Source of the DNA: Gammaproteobacteria bacterium
Lineage (GTDB): Bacteria; Pseudomonadota; Gammaproteobacteria; RBG-16-57-12
Direction: 5' to 3'
NCBI GenBank assembly: GCA_022712945.1
Contig: JAFLJP010000057.1
Coordinates: 35,449-99,448 of the forward strand
DNA length: 64,000 nucleotides
Of this stretch, positions 59,825 through 64,000 are shown piece after piece. The first letter of the stretch is position 1; every line of letters starts with the position of its first letter. The position numbers and the translations under genes are program-made. A model generated the notes under the pieces. It ran no database searches. It had not been told where the DNA came from and saw only the letters and a list, made by a program, of their open reading frames with translations.

Positions 59825-61141
59825 TTAGTTTAGTGGTTTGTTGAAGATTTTTGATTTGCGTTGATAGTTGTATAGCGTCTGCTTTTCGAGTGGTAATTTG
59901 CCAATATTTGTCTCGGCAAAACCACGCTCAATAAACCAGTGGGCGGTGTGTGTGGTGAGTACAAACAGGGTGTTCAGCCCCTGCTGCTTTGCCTGCTGTG
60001 TAATGTAGTTGACCAGCGTGTCACCCCGGCCGCTGTTGCGATACTCCGGGTGAATCGCTACGCAGGCCAGCTCGGCAATGTGATGTTCGGGGTAGGGGTA
60101 GAGTGCGGCACAGCCGATAATGGTGCCGTCACGCTCTACTACCGTGAATTGCGAGATCTCCTGCTCCAGCCGCTCCCGGGAGCGACGTACCAATATTCCC
60201 TGTTGTTCCAGCGGTTCCAGTAGTTCAATAATGCCACCGACATCCTCTATTTTTGCCTGACGAGTGCCCTCAAAGTGATCATTGGATATGAGTGTGCCAA
60301 TGCCGTCGCGGGTGAACAGCTCCTGTATTAATGCGCCATCGACGTGGCGGGGAATCAGGTGTGCACGGTGTAAGCCGTCTTGGCAAAGTGTAGCAGCATC
60401 ATATAGATAGCGCTTTGTCTCATCGGTTAGACTCTCATTGCAGTGGATCAGTTGCTGCGCCTCCGTGGGTCCCAGCTCTCTGATGAGTTTGCCCTGTTCG
60501 TCGACCAGCTCACTGCTCTCGGTAAGATAGATCAGTTTATCTGCTTTTAATGCACGGCAGGTTGATACCGCCACATCTTCTGCCAGCAGATTAAACACTT
60601 CGCCGGTTGGTGAGTAGCCCATGGGTGAGAGCAGTACAATCCACCCTTGGTCGAGCAGTTGTTGAATCGCCTCGTGATCCACACGGCGAACTTCACCGGT
60701 ATGGCAGTGGTCGATACCCTCGCGTACCCCCATCGGCTTTGCGGTGATAAAATTGCCCGAGGCAACCCGCAGCTGTGCACCCGCCATCGGAGAGTTGGCA
60801 ATACCCATGGTGAGTAGTGCCTCGATCTCCATACGCACGGCACCAACAGACTGTTTGACATAAGGGAGTGCATCACTATCGGTAATGCGAATGCCGTTAT
60901 GGGTTTGCGGGGTGATGTGATGCTGGGAGAGAGCGTGTTCGATCTGCGGGCGTGCACCGTGCACCAAAATCAGTTTGACCCCGAGACTGTTGAGTAGTGC
61001 AATATCGTGGATCAGATGGGCAAACTCCTCATCTGCCACACACTCGCCACCGAATGCGAGCACAAAGGTGCGCTCACGGAAGGCGTTAATGTAGGGTGCG
61101 GCATTGCGAAACCACTGAACAAAGGCATAGGGATCGTGCAC
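59825..61141 (-). CDS. argA: Amino-acid N-acetyltransferase (N-acetylglutamate synthase)
   Basis: An N-terminal amino-acid-kinase fold (FVLAFGGE...LILVHGARPQI) plus a C-terminal GNAT. Colinear with E. coli ArgA. Confidence 0.9.
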   Translation of the reverse strand: MHDPYAFVQWFRNAAPYINAFRERTFVLAFGGECVADEEFAHLIHDIALLNSLGVKLILVHGARPQIEHALSQHHITPQTHNGIRITDSDALPYVKQSVGAVRMEIEALLTMGIANSPMAGAQLRVASGNFITAKPMGVREGIDHCHTGEVRRVDHEAIQQLLDQGWIVLLSPMGYSPTGEVFNLLAEDVAVSTCRALKADKLIYLTESSELVDEQGKLIRELGPTEAQQLIHCNESLTDETKRYLYDAATLCQDGLHRAHLIPRHVDGALIQELFTRDGIGTLISNDHFEGTRQAKIEDVGGIIELLEPLEQQGILVRRSRERLEQEISQFTVVERDGTIIGCAALYPYPEHHIAELACVAIHPEYRNSGRGDTLVNYITQQAKQQGLNTLFVLTTHTAHWFIERGFAETNIGKLPLEKQTLYNYQRKSKIFNKPLN

Positions 61142-61188
61142 GTTGATATCCTGGCTGATTCGATTATATTTTCCGCCTCAGCGGCGTC

Positions 61189-61246
61189 AAAAGTGGTCTA
61201 AAAGTACTCATTTACACCTGTAAACTCCGTTTTTTAGACCACTTTT
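61189..61246. repeat. Perfect 15-bp inverted repeat (aaaagtggtctaaaa / ttttagaccactttt) with a 28-nt spacer, between yajD and argA
   Basis: Exact reverse complements. It lies 48 bp upstream of the argA start codon on the minus strand. Confidence 0.6.
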
Positions 61247-61288
61247 TCCTTGCTGAGACAAAAAATATTTTTTATGCAGAGGTCTCTA

Positions 61289-61639
61289 TTACTTACCCTT
61301 AAGCATATTTTGCAAATCGGCAAAAGGGTTGTGAGTGGCGGCATCGCGGCTGAGCTGCTCTTCTGCGCTGGTTTGTTCCGCTTCGAGCTGGCGTTGGTGC
61401 TCGTTATCGTGGCAATAGAGGCAGAGTAGCTCCCAGTTGCTGCCATCTCCAGGGTTGTTATCGTGGTTGTGGTCACGGTGGTGGACGGTCAGCTCCTGCA
61501 AATTTGAGCGGTCAAACTCACGGCAGCAGCGGCCACAGATCCACGGGTAGAGTTTTAATGACTTTTCACGGTACCCTTGTTCACGTTGTTGGCGATTGTT
61601 ATGGGCATTGGCCACAATCTGGTCAAGTTTGTTACTCAT
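61289..61639 (-). CDS. yajD: YajD-family HNH nuclease
   Basis: CGRCCREFDRSNLQELTVHHRDHNHDNNPGDGSNWELLCLYCHDNEH is the HNH zinc-finger signature. 116 aa. Confidence 0.85.
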   Translation of the reverse strand: MSNKLDQIVANAHNNRQQREQGYREKSLKLYPWICGRCCREFDRSNLQELTVHHRDHNHDNNPGDGSNWELLCLYCHDNEHQRQLEAEQTSAEEQLSRDAATHNPFADLQNMLKGK

Positions 61640-61730
61640 GATCCTAGAATCCTCAGATCGAAGTTAATTATTATCTACCGCCCGCTCATTATATACACAG
61701 ATTTCAACGAGCCACTGACAAAATTCATAA

Positions 61731-61808
61731 GGAGCTTGTCCGAGAATAGAGGTCGTAGCGAGAGAGTGTAATTTTTAGTTCATTTTTTCGACAATTTGAG
61801 GCGAATGG
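61731..61808 (+). mobile_element. Solo IS256-type left-end fragment (78 bp)
   Basis: 'ggagcttgtccgagaatagaggtcgtagcgagagagtgtaatttttagttcattttttcgacaatttgaggcgaatgg' matches 24903-24980 with 2 mismatches. Confidence 0.65.
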
Positions 61809-61947
61809 GCACCTTGAAAAAAGGTACTATTTTTAGAGGCGCGTTTATGTTGGCAGTACACCGGGAGAGGTTATTCCAGTATAGGTAATGGCGACAATAG
61901 GCTCTGCTTTTTCCTCGCCATTATCCCGTGCAAAATCCCCAAAGCAT

Positions 61948-62022
61948 TCAGGACTTATTCAACCAGAACCACCAGATGATGAACAGGATAAAAAAGCCAC
62001 CCGCTAAATTTAGCCATATCAT
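61948..62022 (-). CDS. 24-codon hydrophobic ORF translationally coupled to the Cu-ATPase stop
   Basis: [24 protein letters not shown]. Its ATG overlaps the ATPase TGA as ATGA. Confidence 0.25.
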   Translation of the reverse strand: MIWLNLAGGFFILFIIWWFWLNKS

Positions 62023-64000
62023 GAGCTTTCCCCTCTGCGTGGTTTGAATAGCCGCAATCGATTAGCATTGCTCACCACAGTTACCGATGAGAGTGCCATC
62101 GCCGCTCCAGCAACCACCGGGTTTAGCATCACCCCCATCAGTGGGTAAAAGAGGCCGGCGGCAACCGGAATGCCTAGCGTGTTGTAGATAAAGGCCCCGA
62201 ACAGATTCTGTTTGATATTACTCAGGGTGGCTTGTGAGATCTCAATCGCATCGGCGACGCTGTGCAGTGAGCCACGCATCAGGGTGATGTCGGCGCTCTC
62301 CATCGCCACATCGGTGCCACTGGCGAGGGCAAAGCCCACATCTGCCTGGGCCAGCGCCGGGGCATCATTGATGCCATCCCCCACCATCGCCACCCGGCGG
62401 CCCTCATTTTGGTAACGTTCGATCAGCTGTGCTTTCTCTGAGGGCAGCACTTCGGCCACCACCTCTTCGATGCCGACCTCCTTGGCGACACGCTCTGCGC
62501 TAAGGCGTTGGTCACCAGAGAGCATAACCACCTGCAACCCCATCACTTGCAGTCGTGCCACAGCAGCGGCTGAGTCACTCTTTACCGTATCGTGCAGGGC
62601 CAGCACACCCAACAGCTCTCCTTCGTGGGCGACAAAAACCGGGGTCTCCCCTTGTTGAATCAGAGCTGAAACGGGCTCTCTGAGAGGGGTGAGGTCGACA
62701 CTGTTTTTTTGCATCAGTGCCGAATTACCGATCAATACCGGCAGGCCATCCACTTTTGCCGCCACACCAAAGCCACTCAGTGAATGAAACTCATCGAGAG
62801 GGAGAAGGGATAACTCACTCTCACTCGCCCGGGCCATAATTGCCTTCGCTAGCGGATGGTCGGAGCCTTGCTCGGCACTGGCGGCAATTTGCAACAACTG
62901 CGCCTCATCACAGCCGTGGGAGAGCACAACATTGCTGACTACTGGCCGTCCTTCGGTGAGGGTGCCGGTTTTGTCGAATACCACCGTCTCTATTGTTGCC
63001 GCCGCCTGCAACGCTTCACCATTGCGAATCAGCACCCCGTATTCAGCCGCTTTGCCCACACCCACCATAATCGACATCGGTGTTGCCAAGCCCAACGCGC
63101 AGGGACAGGCGATAATCAATACGGTCACCATGGCGACCAGTGCATGGTTCAAGGCAGGCGCTGGGCCAACGTTCATCCAAGCCAAAAAAGTGATCACCGC
63201 AATAATCAGCACCGTGGGGACAAATAGTGAGGCGATGCGATCCACTAGGCGACCAATAGCCGGTTTGCTCGACTGGGCACAGCGCACCATCTCAATAACT
63301 TGTGCCAGAACACTCTGTTCGCCAATCGCGGTGGCACGGCAGAGAAAGCTACCTGATAGATTAATCGTGCCGCCCACCACCAAATCGTCCGGCTGCTTAT
63401 CCACTGGCAGTGGCTCCCCGGTCAACATCGACTCATCAACCGATGAACTACCCTCGGTGAGGGCGCCGTCCACAGGCACTCTCTCACCTGCCCGCACTCT
63501 TAAAGTTTCATCCAATTTCACCTGTGAAATGGGAATATCCTGTTCGCGGCCATCACGCACCACCCGCGCAACTTGGGGGCGTAGATCCAGCAATCGATGA
63601 ATTGCCGCCGAGGTTTTACCCCGCGCACGCATCTCCATTGCCGCACCAAAGTTCACCAGGGAAATAATCATCATTGCCGCTTCAAAGTAGACGTGGCGCG
63701 CCTCGGCGGGCACCCAGTGTGGCAGTGCCAGAACAACCATCGAAAAGAGCCAGGCGCTGCCAGTGCCCAATGCAATCAGGGTATCCATATTGGCATCATG
63801 GTGTTTAAAGCTGCTCCAGGCACCACGAAAAAAGTGGCCGCCTGAGTAGATCATAACCCCCAAACAGAGCAGGCCGCCCAGCAGCCAGCCACCACGTTCC
63901 AACGGGCTATCAATACCCGGCATCACCCCAAACAGCATCGCAAACATCAGCGGAAAACCGGCCAGTGCTGCCGCCCCAGCTTGTTGAAGCCGCCGCCGAT
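62019..64000 (-). CDS. Copper-translocating P1B-type ATPase (CopA-like). The N-terminus lies beyond the window edge
   Basis: Carries the CPC ([13 protein letters not shown]), DKTGTLT and [10 protein letters not shown] motifs and a C-terminus typical of CopA. The frame is open to nt 64000. Confidence 0.9.
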   Translation of the reverse strand, partial: RRRLQQAGAAALAGFPLMFAMLFGVMPGIDSPLERGGWLLGGLLCLGVMIYSGGHFFRGAWSSFKHHDANMDTLIALGTGSAWLFSMVVLALPHWVPAEARHVYFEAAMMIISLVNFGAAMEMRARGKTSAAIHRLLDLRPQVARVVRDGREQDIPISQVKLDETLRVRAGERVPVDGALTEGSSSVDESMLTGEPLPVDKQPDDLVVGGTINLSGSFLCRATAIGEQSVLAQVIEMVRCAQSSKPAIGRLVDRIASLFVPTVLIIAVITFLAWMNVGPAPALNHALVAMVTVLIIACPCALGLATPMSIMVGVGKAAEYGVLIRNGEALQAAATIETVVFDKTGTLTEGRPVVSNVVLSHGCDEAQLLQIAASAEQGSDHPLAKAIMARASESELSLLPLDEFHSLSGFGVAAKVDGLPVLIGNSALMQKNSVDLTPLREPVSALIQQGETPVFVAHEGELLGVLALHDTVKSDSAAAVARLQVMGLQVVMLSGDQRLSAERVAKEVGIEEVVAEVLPSEKAQLIERYQNEGRRVAMVGDGINDAPALAQADVGFALASGTDVAMESADITLMRGSLHSVADAIEISQATLSNIKQNLFGAFIYNTLGIPVAAGLFYPLMGVMLNPVVAGAAMALSSVTVVSNANRLRLFKPRRGESS

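Overview
The window is a roughly 50% GC chromosomal segment of a Gram-negative bacterium, probably a gammaproteobacterium. It carries ordinary core genes: folD, glgP, arfB, ppiC, dusC, rnd, mpl, ubiX, dgkA, tmcA, apaG, ycgN, yhcB, ilvD, argF, argD, argA and yajD. It holds a complete cbb3 oxidase locus (ccoNOQP-ccoG-fixH-ccoI-ccoS), a moxR-DUF58-tgpA operon, a hicAB toxin-antitoxin pair, and a eukaryote-like type IIIA H+-ATPase. A second Cu-ATPase is cut off by the window edge.

The most striking content is non-coding. There are at least three unrelated families of miniature inverted-repeat elements (MITEs), each 158-159 bp long with GG...CC termini. I call them MITE1 (5 copies or fragments), MITE2 (3 copies plus a remnant) and MITE3 (2 copies, one nested inside a MITE2). 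They have clear terminal inverted repeats and target-site duplications (TNA 3-bp for MITE1 and MITE3, AT-rich 4-bp for MITE2). They sit almost exactly on stop codons of upstream genes.

There are also IS256-family debris: a truncated transposase, solo ends, and a 167-bp MITE-like derivative with 22-bp terminal repeats. No rRNA, tRNA or CRISPR array was found.

Several unannotated tiny ORFs and orphan hypothetical proteins are flagged. Gene functions are inferred from recognisable motifs in the translated ORFs, not from database searches.
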